A stretch of DNA of 54,258 nucleotides, from assembly GCA_964387485.1 (NCBI GenBank), contig CAYLWV010000001.1, forward strand, positions 1-54,258, given 5' to 3'. The notes under the pieces were generated by a model. The model saw only the letters and a program-made list of their open reading frames with translations, ran no database searches and was not told where the DNA came from. Position 1 is the stretch's first letter. Each line of letters opens with the position of its first letter. This document shows positions 19,309 to 29,597 of the stretch, in pieces. The stretch comes from an uncultured Dechloromonas sp. GTDB lineage: Bacteria > Pseudomonadota > Gammaproteobacteria > Burkholderiales > Rhodocyclaceae. The translations under genes and the position numbers were made by a program.

Positions 19309-19340
19309 AACCCCTGTGAGCGCAAGCTTTCAGGGGTTTT
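19309..19340 (+). terminator. Terminator after tRNA-Val (may also serve the convergent channel gene)
   Basis: AACCCCTG-TGAGC-GCAA-GCTTT-CAGGGGTTTT. Confidence 0.75.
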
Positions 19341-19351
19341 GTCCTTTTGGG

Positions 19352-21049
19352 TCATGGATTAAGGTATTTGCCCAGCCAGCTACCAGTGCTGGTGCTGCCT
19401 GTGAGCACAAAGTTCAGTGCGTTACCGTAGCCGGTGGTGAGTTTCTGTTCGTTCCAGGCGGTACGGCTGCCGGCCCAGATGATTTTGTCACCGGTGTGCA
19501 GCGGTATGTGATCGGCCGGCAGTAGCGTGACCTGACCGGCGCGTTCCAGCATCAGCGGCATGAGTTTAAGACGGTCCGTGCGGCAACGATTGGAGGTCAT
19601 GAGCGCGGCCAGCGTAATGTTATGGTCGGTCTGTTGTAGTGCGCTGAATAGTGCTGGCGTTTTATTACGGTTGATACGGGTTGTCCAGACAAAGGGTACG
19701 ACGCCGCTGCACAACGGGGCCAACTGCTCGATCACCACTTGTGACCATTCGGGTGTCTGCTTTTCCACTTCACGGATGAAGCGAGAAAGCAGCGGCGTTG
19801 TCAGGAAGCTCAGGCAGGCATGGGCGACAGTCTGAGTAGTGACCAGAGTGAGGTCGGCGTCAAAGGCATCGAAGAGCAACGAGTTGCCCGAGCTGCTCTG
19901 ACGCATGACGATACAGAGATCCGGGTTGAGTTCGCGGGCGGTAATGGCGATGGATAGATTGTTGATGTCATTGTCTGAACCGGCTACCAGGCCGACGGCA
20001 TCGCGAATGCCCGCATCAATGAGGGGGCTGGCTTCGGTGCCGGCGCTGACAATACTCAGGTGATCATCCGGCGTCGTTGGTCGAGGGTCGATGATGCGAA
20101 TCTCATCGTGCATGCCCAGGGTATCGAGATGCTGCACAATGGCGCGTCCGAAATGGCCGTAGCCACAGATGATCCATTTGCCGGTGGGTGGATGTTGTAG
20201 CTCCGGCAGAGGGCTGCCGGGCACACGCGTCAGCCATTCAACCAGTTGATAGCTGGGCGGGCTACGCATGGCCAGGGCCAATCGGCGCGCAAACAGGGCA
20301 TAAGGGTCAACGACAAAATTAGTCCCGAAGGAATGCATGTTGGCAGCGGTGGCGGCATGCTCGGCGCGGGCGATTATCGGAATGCCCGGGTTAAGCAGAC
20401 GTACATTCATGGCGATGGCCAGGTTGGCATCGTCACTGTTGGTCACGGCCAGAACTGCCTTGCAATTGGGATGGCGTAGTCCGGCCAGCAACAGGTAGTG
20501 TGGCTCACGGGCATCGGCATGGAGTGCCGGCACATCGGCCGCGTAATCGCCTAGCTCCAGTTCCTGTAGGGGTTCGGGTCGGGTGTCGAGGACGACAAAA
20601 CGCATTTGCACCTGGTCTAGCGTTTTGCAGATCAGGCTGCCGGTTTCTCCAACACCACAGATGATGCAGAAGGGCTCGGAAAGATTGCGGATCTTGCGAG
20701 CGAAGCGGTTGGTGGCCAAGGCTCGTTGCAGGCCGTCGTCCTTGAGCAGGTTAAGAATGCTCAGAATGGCATAGGTCCATCCGATGACGGTGAGGTAGAT
20801 GCAAACCGTGACCCAGAAACGCTGGCCATAGGAAAAAGCGTTGGGGATTTCGCCAAAGCCGATGGTGCTGGCGGTGTAGCTGATGAAATAGAAGGCATCG
20901 AAAAAAGACATCGGCGGCGTAGGTCGGCCTTCGGCATTCACACCGGGAATCAGCACGAGCCCGAAAATCGAGATCGCATAGATCAGGATCATGACGATCA
21001 GCGGCGCCCGCATGCGGCGCAGCACGAGGAAGAGCACGCTGTCGTTCAT
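19352..21049 (-). CDS. 2-TM potassium channel protein with tandem RCK (TrkA-N) domains
   Basis: Pore FYFISYTASTIGFGE between two TMs; two Rossmann motifs ICGVGETG and ICGYGHFG, D..NL.IA...R.LNP twice. Confidence 0.85.
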   Translation of the reverse strand: MNDSVLFLVLRRMRAPLIVMILIYAISIFGLVLIPGVNAEGRPTPPMSFFDAFYFISYTASTIGFGEIPNAFSYGQRFWVTVCIYLTVIGWTYAILSILNLLKDDGLQRALATNRFARKIRNLSEPFCIICGVGETGSLICKTLDQVQMRFVVLDTRPEPLQELELGDYAADVPALHADAREPHYLLLAGLRHPNCKAVLAVTNSDDANLAIAMNVRLLNPGIPIIARAEHAATAANMHSFGTNFVVDPYALFARRLALAMRSPPSYQLVEWLTRVPGSPLPELQHPPTGKWIICGYGHFGRAIVQHLDTLGMHDEIRIIDPRPTTPDDHLSIVSAGTEASPLIDAGIRDAVGLVAGSDNDINNLSIAITARELNPDLCIVMRQSSSGNSLLFDAFDADLTLVTTQTVAHACLSFLTTPLLSRFIREVEKQTPEWSQVVIEQLAPLCSGVVPFVWTTRINRNKTPALFSALQQTDHNITLAALMTSNRCRTDRLKLMPLMLERAGQVTLLPADHIPLHTGDKIIWAGSRTAWNEQKLTTGYGNALNFVLTGSTSTGSWLGKYLNP

Positions 21050-21059
21050 GCTGGTAATT

Positions 21060-21443
21060 TCAACGACGCATCATCAGGGTCTCGGCAATCAGCAGAATGA
21101 CTGAGACGATGTTGGCGAACAGGGCGCCGCCAGAGAGCGAAACCACACTGGCTGTAATTTCCGGCGTCATACCCAGATTAAGCACATGAACGGCCATGCC
21201 CCAAGTAATGGCGGCGGCAATCAGTTGCAGATCAGCGACCAGACTGGTGGCCAGATGAATGGCGCCAATCTGGGTGCGGTCGCCGAACTTAAGAGTGGTG
21301 GCAATGAGGTTGACGACAATCGCGGCAAAGAGCTCGTAGATGTGGTGCAGATCGGGCCGGTCGATGTCGCCAATGAAAAAACCGAAGTTCAACGTTGCCG
21401 CCAGTACGATGAAAAAACCGAAAACTACTTTTTCCAGATTCAT
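21060..21443 (-). CDS. Small membrane protein, DUF6394-like
   Basis: MNLEKVVFGFFIVLAATLNFGFF, LATSLVADLQL, about 4 TM; 10 nt upstream of the channel gene. Family assigned from memory. Confidence 0.6.
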   Translation of the reverse strand: MNLEKVVFGFFIVLAATLNFGFFIGDIDRPDLHHIYELFAAIVVNLIATTLKFGDRTQIGAIHLATSLVADLQLIAAAITWGMAVHVLNLGMTPEITASVVSLSGGALFANIVSVILLIAETLMMRR

Positions 21444-21514
21444 GCCATAACCTCTAAAACCGGTGCCAATAATGGTTTGATTATAGGCCGGATCAGGCCA
21501 AAATCAGCGCCGTT

Positions 21515-22276
21515 TCAGATGAACAGCAGCTTCAAACCGATGACGATGGTCGTGGCCTCAAATGCACGTTTGACGAGCTGATTGCCCTGACGAATGGCGA
21601 GATGGCTGCCCATGTAGCTGCCGATGATGGAGCCGGCGATCAGTGCCGGCAGCCAATCCCAGGCGATATCCCCGGCCAGTCCCAGTACCACGGCGCCGGT
21701 GCCGTTCCAGGCGAAGCCGCAGAGCACCAGGGTGTAGGCGATGGCACGCTTGTAGTCCATGCCGAAGTGACGGATTAGCCAGATGGTCAGGAACAGGCCG
21801 CTGCCGGAGGTGATGGAGCCATTGAGAAAGCCAACCACAAACAGGCCGATGATGCCGTGGGTCAGACCGCGGCCATGCCAGTTTTTCGGAGTGTTTTCGA
21901 TGCCGAGTCTGGGTTTGAAGATCGAGTAGAGTCCCAGGCTGACGGTCAATGCGCCCAGGACCATGAGGGCGGCTTTTTCCGGGGCCTTAAGGATGAGAGA
22001 GGCACCGAGAATCACGCCGGGAATGCCGGCTCCCAGGATAATCACGCTGGCCCGTCGTTCCAGATGGCTTTCTTTCATGTGGCGCAGGATGGCGCCAACC
22101 CCCAGAAAAACACTGGCGACCTTATGCGTTGCCAGCGCTGCGGCAAAGCTCAGACCGAGAAAAATGAGAATCGGAAACTGGATGAGGCCGACACCACCGC
22201 CGGAGAGAGCCGAGAAAAAATTGGCGATGATGGCCGTCGCAAAAAGGATGGTTTGTCCGGTGAAGTCGAGCGTCAT
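21515..22276 (-). CDS. TauE/SafE (TSUP) family membrane transporter
   Basis: SGGGVGLIQFPIL motif, internal repeat GFLNGSITSGSG, GSIIGSYMGS, about 8 TM. Confidence 0.85.
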   Translation of the reverse strand: MTLDFTGQTILFATAIIANFFSALSGGGVGLIQFPILIFLGLSFAAALATHKVASVFLGVGAILRHMKESHLERRASVIILGAGIPGVILGASLILKAPEKAALMVLGALTVSLGLYSIFKPRLGIENTPKNWHGRGLTHGIIGLFVVGFLNGSITSGSGLFLTIWLIRHFGMDYKRAIAYTLVLCGFAWNGTGAVVLGLAGDIAWDWLPALIAGSIIGSYMGSHLAIRQGNQLVKRAFEATTIVIGLKLLFI

Positions 22277-22361
22277 TAGGGGCTGTCTGTGAAATGAATT
22301 GCGCTTATGCCGTTATTATACGAAGCTGAATGCTTTGCCCCTTAATGAGCGACTGTCTGTC

Positions 22362-23744
<1,383 letters not shown>

Positions 23745-23759
23745 GCTAAAACGGTGCCG

Positions 23760-24650
23760 TTACACCAGGCCGGAGAGGTGCAGAGGGATTTCTGCCGCAT
23801 CGTTCCCGTTCTGGCAGTAAATGGCACCTTCGGCCGCATCTTCCTGCAGAACCGCCAGAGCGAGCCATGATTGGCCATCAGCGGCAGGGGCGACCGTGAC
23901 AAGACTGCCACAACTCTGACCATTCAGCGCCGTCGCACGGACCTCCTGACCCGCTTGCAGCGCTTCTGTAGCGCTCACGCGATATAAATGACGTTTGATC
24001 TTGCCCAGATAGTGGGTCCGCGCCACAATTTCCTGGCCCGGATAGCAGCCTTTCTTGAAACTCACACCGCCCAGTTTGTCCAGGTTCACCATTTGTGGCA
24101 CATAGTGCTCGCTGGTCGGTTGGGTGACGAGCGGAAATCCCTGGGTAATATCCGCTCTCAGCCAGTCTTCCGTGCTGCCCTGGGTCAGTTCACCCGATAG
24201 GGTTGCAAATGCACGGATCGGCCCAGTCAGCAGACAGCGGGTGGCATCCAACCGTACGGCACTGATATCGTCAGTCGTTGCCACCTGCCAGTCTTCGGTG
24301 GGCAGTGTGAGTGCGCCGAGCGACGTCGCAGGATTCAGTAGGCCGTATACCAGATCGTCAGGCACGTGAATCTGGACCTTGAGGCGGAGCACATACATTT
24401 TCAGGCGCTTGGCAATGCTGTCGCGGACATCAGCGGCCAGCACCAGCCGGTAGCCGCTATTCTGCGGCCAGAGGATAAACGTGGTGAGCAAACGGCCTTT
24501 GGCGGTACACCAGCCGGAAATCTGGGCTTTTTCAGGGCTAAGCAGGCGAATATCGCTGGGCACCTGATTCTGCAGGAAGGTCTGGGCGTCTTCACCTGAA
24601 ATATCCAGAATGGCCAAGTGGGGGAGCGGGATCAGTTGTGCGGTAGTCAT
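23760..24650 (-). CDS. ygfZ: Folate-binding Fe-S cluster repair protein YgfZ
   Basis: G.DA..FLQ, KGR, signature KGCYPGQEIVAR. Confidence 0.93.
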   Translation of the reverse strand: MTTAQLIPLPHLAILDISGEDAQTFLQNQVPSDIRLLSPEKAQISGWCTAKGRLLTTFILWPQNSGYRLVLAADVRDSIAKRLKMYVLRLKVQIHVPDDLVYGLLNPATSLGALTLPTEDWQVATTDDISAVRLDATRCLLTGPIRAFATLSGELTQGSTEDWLRADITQGFPLVTQPTSEHYVPQMVNLDKLGGVSFKKGCYPGQEIVARTHYLGKIKRHLYRVSATEALQAGQEVRATALNGQSCGSLVTVAPAADGQSWLALAVLQEDAAEGAIYCQNGNDAAEIPLHLSGLV

Positions 24651-24722
24651 AAGGGCGCGCCGAGTCGATTTAAGGGCAGAAGCTTAAGAGCTGGAGGGGT
24701 AGGGTTGGTATCATAATGGTCT

Positions 24723-25706
24723 ATGAAATATTTGGCCAAATTCTTCGCTGCGACTGCGCTGCTTGCCGTGATCGGTATACTGATGGTGCGTCTCTGGCCG
24801 GTATCGCTGGCTGAGCCCAAGTTGCTGGTCCGTGTGCCGGCCGGGGCCTCGTTAAAGGTGGCAGCCCAGACGTTGCATGATGGTGGCGTTGGTGTGCCCG
24901 CCTGGGTCATCAGTGGGGTGGGCCGGGTTGCCGGCTTGGCGTCGTCCATCAAGGCCGGCAGTTACGAATTCGATCAGGGCATCAGTTTGTGGGCCATGCT
25001 CCGTAAGCTATCGAGCGGGGATACCAGCCAGGCGGATCTGCTGCTTGTCGAAGGGTCGAATTTCCGTGAGCTGCGGGCCAAACTGAATGCTCAGCCAGAA
25101 CTGCTGCATCTCACCCGGGATATGACGGATGCCGCCATCATGGATAAGCTCGGGATGGCGGGACAAGTGCCTGAAGGCTGGTTTTTTCCCGACACCTATC
25201 GCTTTGACAAGCGCTCGGAGGATCTGGAATTGCTGATACGCGCCACCCGTGCGATGCAGAAGCAGTTGACCACTGTCTGGAACGCTCGCGAGGCCGGTTT
25301 GCCTCTGAAAACATCCTATGAGCTGCTGATTCTGGCATCCATTGTGGAAAAGGAAACCGGCACGGCCGCAGACAGGGCCCAGATTGCCGGTGTGTTCATT
25401 AACCGTCTGCGCAAGGGCATGCGCCTACAGACAGACCCGACCGTGATCTACGGCCTCGGTGCCGGCTTTGACGGTAATCTGCGTAAGGCTGATCTGCAAC
25501 GGGATACGCCGCACAACACTTATACCCGCGCCGGATTACCACCGACGCCGATCTGTATGCCGGGTCTGGCATCACTGCAGGCCGCTGCTCATCCGGCTAA
25601 AACCGATGCCCTGTATTTTGTCGCCCGGGGTGACGGAAGCAGTCAGTTTTCGGCTACGCTCGATGCGCATAATCAGGCCGTTAATCAATTTCAGCGAGGC
25701 AGGTAG
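24723..25706 (+). CDS. mltG: Endolytic transglycosylase MltG (YceG)
   Basis: EGWFFPDTY, LASIVEKETG, LQTDPTVIYG, NTY...GLPPTPI. Confidence 0.95.
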   Translation: MKYLAKFFAATALLAVIGILMVRLWPVSLAEPKLLVRVPAGASLKVAAQTLHDGGVGVPAWVISGVGRVAGLASSIKAGSYEFDQGISLWAMLRKLSSGDTSQADLLLVEGSNFRELRAKLNAQPELLHLTRDMTDAAIMDKLGMAGQVPEGWFFPDTYRFDKRSEDLELLIRATRAMQKQLTTVWNAREAGLPLKTSYELLILASIVEKETGTAADRAQIAGVFINRLRKGMRLQTDPTVIYGLGAGFDGNLRKADLQRDTPHNTYTRAGLPPTPICMPGLASLQAAAHPAKTDALYFVARGDGSSQFSATLDAHNQAVNQFQRGR

Positions 25707-26341
25707 TGCGCATGGACGCAAAATCCACAGGACGCTTTATTACAGTAGAAGGCATTGATGGTGCCGGCAAAAGTTCGCATATCGAATGGCTGCGCGAATA
25801 TCTGACAATCGCCGGTCATGCGGTCGTGGTTACGCGAGAGCCGGGCGGTACGCCGCTCGGCGAATCTCTGCGCAATATCCTGCTGAATGAACCGATGGCA
25901 CCGGAAACGGAAATGATGCTGATGTTTGCGGCTCGGGCGGAGCATCTCTCATCGGTTATTCGCCCGGCCCTGGCGCAGGGTGCCTGGGTGATTTCAGATC
26001 GTTTTTCGGATGCCACCTATGCCTACCAGGTGGGTGGACGTGGCGTGGCTGAAAGCAAGTTTACGGCACTGGAATCGTGGGTGCAGGAGGGGCTGCAACC
26101 GGACCGTACGCTGCTGTTTGATGTATCGGTCGAGACCGCGCAGGCGCGTTTGCATGACACGCGGATCCTGGATCGCTTCGAGCGGGAAGCCAGTGACTTC
26201 CATCAGCGTGTACGCGATGCCTATCATCAGCGTGCCGCGCAATATCCGGCGCGGATCCGTCTGGTGGCATCGGATATCCCGATGGATGCCGTACGTCTGC
26301 AGATCCTTGATGCGCTTTCGGACCTGTTGAAGCATGATTGA
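25706..26341 (+). CDS. tmk: Thymidylate kinase
   Basis: FITVEGIDGAGKS, TREPGGT, DRFSDATYAYQ; start GTG 25706 or ATG 25712. Confidence 0.96.
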   Translation: MRMDAKSTGRFITVEGIDGAGKSSHIEWLREYLTIAGHAVVVTREPGGTPLGESLRNILLNEPMAPETEMMLMFAARAEHLSSVIRPALAQGAWVISDRFSDATYAYQVGGRGVAESKFTALESWVQEGLQPDRTLLFDVSVETAQARLHDTRILDRFEREASDFHQRVRDAYHQRAAQYPARIRLVASDIPMDAVRLQILDALSDLLKHD

Positions 26342-27431
26342 CTGGGTTGGACTGCATTCAAACGCCTGGGCACAGATTCAGGCGGATCTGGCGCGTGACC
26401 GGCTGTCTCATGCCTTGCTGCTCGCCGGTCCGGCCGGGATCGGTAAGCTGGATTTTGCCGAATCCCTGGCTGCCAGTCTGATGTGTGATCAGCCGCAGTC
26501 TGATGGTCGTGCCTGCGGTCACTGTACTTCCTGTACCTGGCATGCATCCGGCAACCACCCGGATTTCCGTCGGGTGCGCCCGGAGGCTTTCGAAGAACTG
26601 TCGCCAGACTCGGAAACCGACAAACCGGCCTCGGCCAAGACGGATCGCAAAAAGAGTGAACAGATCCGTATTGATCAGGTGCGTGGACTCGAAGCATTCA
26701 TTCAGGTTGGTAGTCATCGTGGTCGACGAGTGATTGTGATCGAACCCGCCGAGGCCATGAACGAAGCCACCGCCAATGCGCTTCTGAAGTCCCTTGAAGA
26801 GCCGCCTGCCGGCGTGCATTTTCTGCTGGTGAGTCACGCGGCGGAACGATTGTTACCCACCGTCCGTAGCCGGACGCGTGCGGTGCCGCTGGGCGTGCCC
26901 AGTCGCCCCGCGGCGCTACAGGTTTTTGCAGCAATGACGCCACCATGCAAAGATGGCAACCTCTGGCTTAATCGTTGTGCCGGGGCGCTGCGTTTTGCCA
27001 TAGATCTTGCGACCGCTGCCGAAAAGCGCCCGGAAGCCAGTGAAGATGCCATCGTCGAAGCCTCTCTGATCGATGCATTGTTGTCACAACTGATGCAGGG
27101 ACCCCGCATGGATGCTCTGGCGCTGGCTAAAAGCTGTGAGGCTCTAGTCAAGGGTGACTTGTCCGGGACCCGGCTGGCCCTGTTGGTTGACTGGCTGCAA
27201 CGCTGGGCGCTGGATCTGCAGCTAGTACGACTGGGCGCTGCGCCGATGGTGTTCCCTGAACACGCGGCTACTTTTCAGAAACTGGCCAGCGGTCTCAATG
27301 ATGATCGTCTGAGTCATTATCCGGAGGGTCTGCTGGAAGCGCGTCGCCTCTGTGGACATCCGCTGAACATCCGCCTGTTTCTCGAATCCGTTTTTTCCCG
27401 CACGCTCGCCCTCTACGAGCCTTCTGCCTAA
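26334..27431 (+). CDS. holB: DNA polymerase III delta-prime subunit
   Basis: HALLLAGPAGIGK, CGHCTSC, HPDF, ANALLKSLEEP, LLPTVRSR; follows tmk. Confidence 0.93.
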   Translation: MIDWVGLHSNAWAQIQADLARDRLSHALLLAGPAGIGKLDFAESLAASLMCDQPQSDGRACGHCTSCTWHASGNHPDFRRVRPEAFEELSPDSETDKPASAKTDRKKSEQIRIDQVRGLEAFIQVGSHRGRRVIVIEPAEAMNEATANALLKSLEEPPAGVHFLLVSHAAERLLPTVRSRTRAVPLGVPSRPAALQVFAAMTPPCKDGNLWLNRCAGALRFAIDLATAAEKRPEASEDAIVEASLIDALLSQLMQGPRMDALALAKSCEALVKGDLSGTRLALLVDWLQRWALDLQLVRLGAAPMVFPEHAATFQKLASGLNDDRLSHYPEGLLEARRLCGHPLNIRLFLESVFSRTLALYEPSA

Positions 27432-27436
27432 TTGTT

Positions 27437-28237
27437 ATGACCCAACTGATCGATTCCCACTGTCACCTGGATTTTGATGGTCTTGCCAACCGTTTGCCCG
27501 AGGTAATGGCTGCCATGGCGGCCAATGATGTTGGCGGCTGTATGACCATCGGGGTCACGCTGGAAGAAGCGCCGCAGGTCCTCGCCATTGCCGAAGCGCA
27601 TGAACAGATTTTCGCGTCGGTGGGTGTGCATCCGGAGTATGCCGATCACCAGGAACCGGATGTCGAAACCCTCTGTACGCTGGGCCAACATCCCAAGGTA
27701 CTGGCAATCGGTGAAACGGGGCTGGATTATCACTGGCACAAGGACCAGCCAGAATGGCAGCGCGAGCGCTTCCGTGTCCACATCCGTGCTGCGCGGCAAC
27801 TGAATAAGCCATTGGTGATCCATACCCGTGAGGCCGCAGACGATACGCTGCGACTCTTGAAGGAAGAGGGTGCCGAAGCGGTGGGGGGTATTCTGCATTG
27901 CTTCACTGAATCGTTTGAGGTGGCCGAAGCCGCCATGGATCTCGGCTTTTATATATCGTTGTCAGGTATTGTCAGTTTCAAGAAGGCAGCGCAGGTACAT
28001 GATGTGGCACGCCGGGTGCCACTGGATCGATTGCTCGTTGAAACCGATGCCCCTTATCTGGCGCCGGTGCCCTATCGCGGCAAGCCTAACGAACCCGCTT
28101 ATGTGCGCCATGTCGCGCAAGCGATCGCCGATTTGCGCCAGATACCCTATGCCGACGTTGCTGAAGCCAGTAGTCGTAATTTTCTGAAACTCTTTCCCGC
28201 AGCCGCCGCAGTTCTGGGGCCGAGAGTTGGTCTATGA
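27437..28237 (+). CDS. TatD family metal-dependent hydrolase/DNase (YcfH-like)
   Basis: IDSHCHL, GVHP, IGETGLDY, IHTR, HCF, ETDAPYLAP. Confidence 0.93.
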   Translation: MTQLIDSHCHLDFDGLANRLPEVMAAMAANDVGGCMTIGVTLEEAPQVLAIAEAHEQIFASVGVHPEYADHQEPDVETLCTLGQHPKVLAIGETGLDYHWHKDQPEWQRERFRVHIRAARQLNKPLVIHTREAADDTLRLLKEEGAEAVGGILHCFTESFEVAEAAMDLGFYISLSGIVSFKKAAQVHDVARRVPLDRLLVETDAPYLAPVPYRGKPNEPAYVRHVAQAIADLRQIPYADVAEASSRNFLKLFPAAAAVLGPRVGL

Positions 28238-28974
28238 TCTTCAAACGGTTGCTGATCGGTTGCCTGCTGGTTGCCAGCACCTGGGTCTATGCAGCGCCAA
28301 CGACTGACGACATGGTCATGGCCGCGAAGAAGGATGATCCGGCAACGATCCGGGAAGGGCTTAAAGCGGGCTTTAACCCGAACTACGCTGATCGGGATGG
28401 CAATACACTGTTGATTCATGCCGCAGCCAATATGAGCCCGGCCGCTGCCGACGCCTTGCTGCAAGGCGGTGCTGATCCGACCATCCGCAATAAGGTAGGG
28501 GATGATGCACTGAACTACGCCGCCCTCAAGGGGAACCTGCCGATTGTGCAAAGCCTGGTGGCGCGAGGTGTATCGGTCACCCGTCGGCAGGGCTGGCAGC
28601 CATTGACCTACGCCGTGTTTAGCAAGCAGTTACCGCTGTTCAATTTTCTGATGGATAAAGGTGCTGAACCTAATGCCGTGAATCCGAACCATGCAACCGC
28701 GCTGATGTTTGCGGCCGAGCAGGGCCAGGAGGCGATGGTGGATCGTCTGTTGGCAGCCGGTGCTGACCCGACCTGGACGCGTAATGGCGAAAGTGCCGTG
28801 GATTGGGCCTTGAAGACTCAGAATACCGACATTGCCGAAAAGATCATGAAGGCACAGGTGGAGATTGGTCTGACGCGCTCGCAGGCATTGAATGCGGAAG
28901 AAACCAACGAGGATGAATCGGGCAGTGCGGAGTCTGCTGTACAAACCGGGGTTGTGCCTCAGAGCAACAGGTAA
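28234..28974 (+). CDS. Exported ankyrin-repeat protein with acidic tail
   Basis: Signal peptide (..STWVYA), about 5 ankyrin repeats (GNTLLIHAA, GDDALNYAALKG, GWQPLTYA, ATALMFAAEQG). Confidence 0.88.
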   Translation: MIFKRLLIGCLLVASTWVYAAPTTDDMVMAAKKDDPATIREGLKAGFNPNYADRDGNTLLIHAAANMSPAAADALLQGGADPTIRNKVGDDALNYAALKGNLPIVQSLVARGVSVTRRQGWQPLTYAVFSKQLPLFNFLMDKGAEPNAVNPNHATALMFAAEQGQEAMVDRLLAAGADPTWTRNGESAVDWALKTQNTDIAEKIMKAQVEIGLTRSQALNAEETNEDESGSAESAVQTGVVPQSNR

Positions 28975-29543
28975 TGGCGGTGTTGGGTCGTCCGTACCGG
29001 ATAGCCGGTCTACTACTGGCCATTCTGGCGTTACTCAGCCCGATCACACAGGCGCAATCTAGCAAAGAGCCGGCGGTATTCGTGCCGCAAACTCACATTC
29101 GGGTGTATTTCACGCCGGGAGATTCGGCCGAGTCGGCTATTGTCGAGCAGCTTCTGGGAGCTAAAGACTCGATTCTCGTTCAGGCCTATTCATTCACGAA
29201 CCCGGCAATCGCTGCTGCATTAGTCAGCGCGCAACAGCGTGATGTGCGCGTCGTCATACTGCTTGATAAAAGCCATCGTACCCAGAAGTATTCGGCAGCG
29301 GATTTCACCAGTCATGGGGGCGTCGAAACCCTCATCGATGATCGCCACGCCATTGCGCACAACAAGATCATGATTTTGGACGGCAGGGTGGTGATTACCG
29401 GTAGCTACAATTTCACGAAGGCGGCTGAGAAAAATAATGCCGAGAACCTGGTGATTATCGATTCACCGGATGTGGCGGCGAAATATCTGCAGAACTGGCA
29501 TAAACACCAGCGGCATTCGCAGCCGTATAAGAGACCCCAATAA
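28974..29543 (+). CDS. Single-HKD phospholipase D superfamily protein (Nuc-like endonuclease), exported
   Basis: Signal peptide, YFTP, VQAYSFT, HNKIMILD...TGSYNFT..A...NAEN; TAATG coupling to the ankyrin gene. Confidence 0.88.
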   Translation: MAVLGRPYRIAGLLLAILALLSPITQAQSSKEPAVFVPQTHIRVYFTPGDSAESAIVEQLLGAKDSILVQAYSFTNPAIAAALVSAQQRDVRVVILLDKSHRTQKYSAADFTSHGGVETLIDDRHAIAHNKIMILDGRVVITGSYNFTKAAEKNNAENLVIIDSPDVAAKYLQNWHKHQRHSQPYKRPQ

Positions 29544-29547
29544 CCGC

Positions 29548-29576
29548 AAAAAAAAACGCACCCGAAGGTGCGTTTT
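29548..29576. terminator. Bidirectional terminator
   Basis: A9-CGCACC-CGAA-GGTGCG-TTTT between convergent genes. Confidence 0.88.
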
Positions 29577-29597
29577 CAGAGCGGACAGGCCGTCTGA

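Noticed and set aside
28974-29543. PLD gene as a T6SS Tle5 effector or cardiolipin synthase
   Set aside because: Only one HKD motif, 189 aa, Sec-type signal peptide, and no vgrG/PAAR genes nearby; fits the Nuc-like class better
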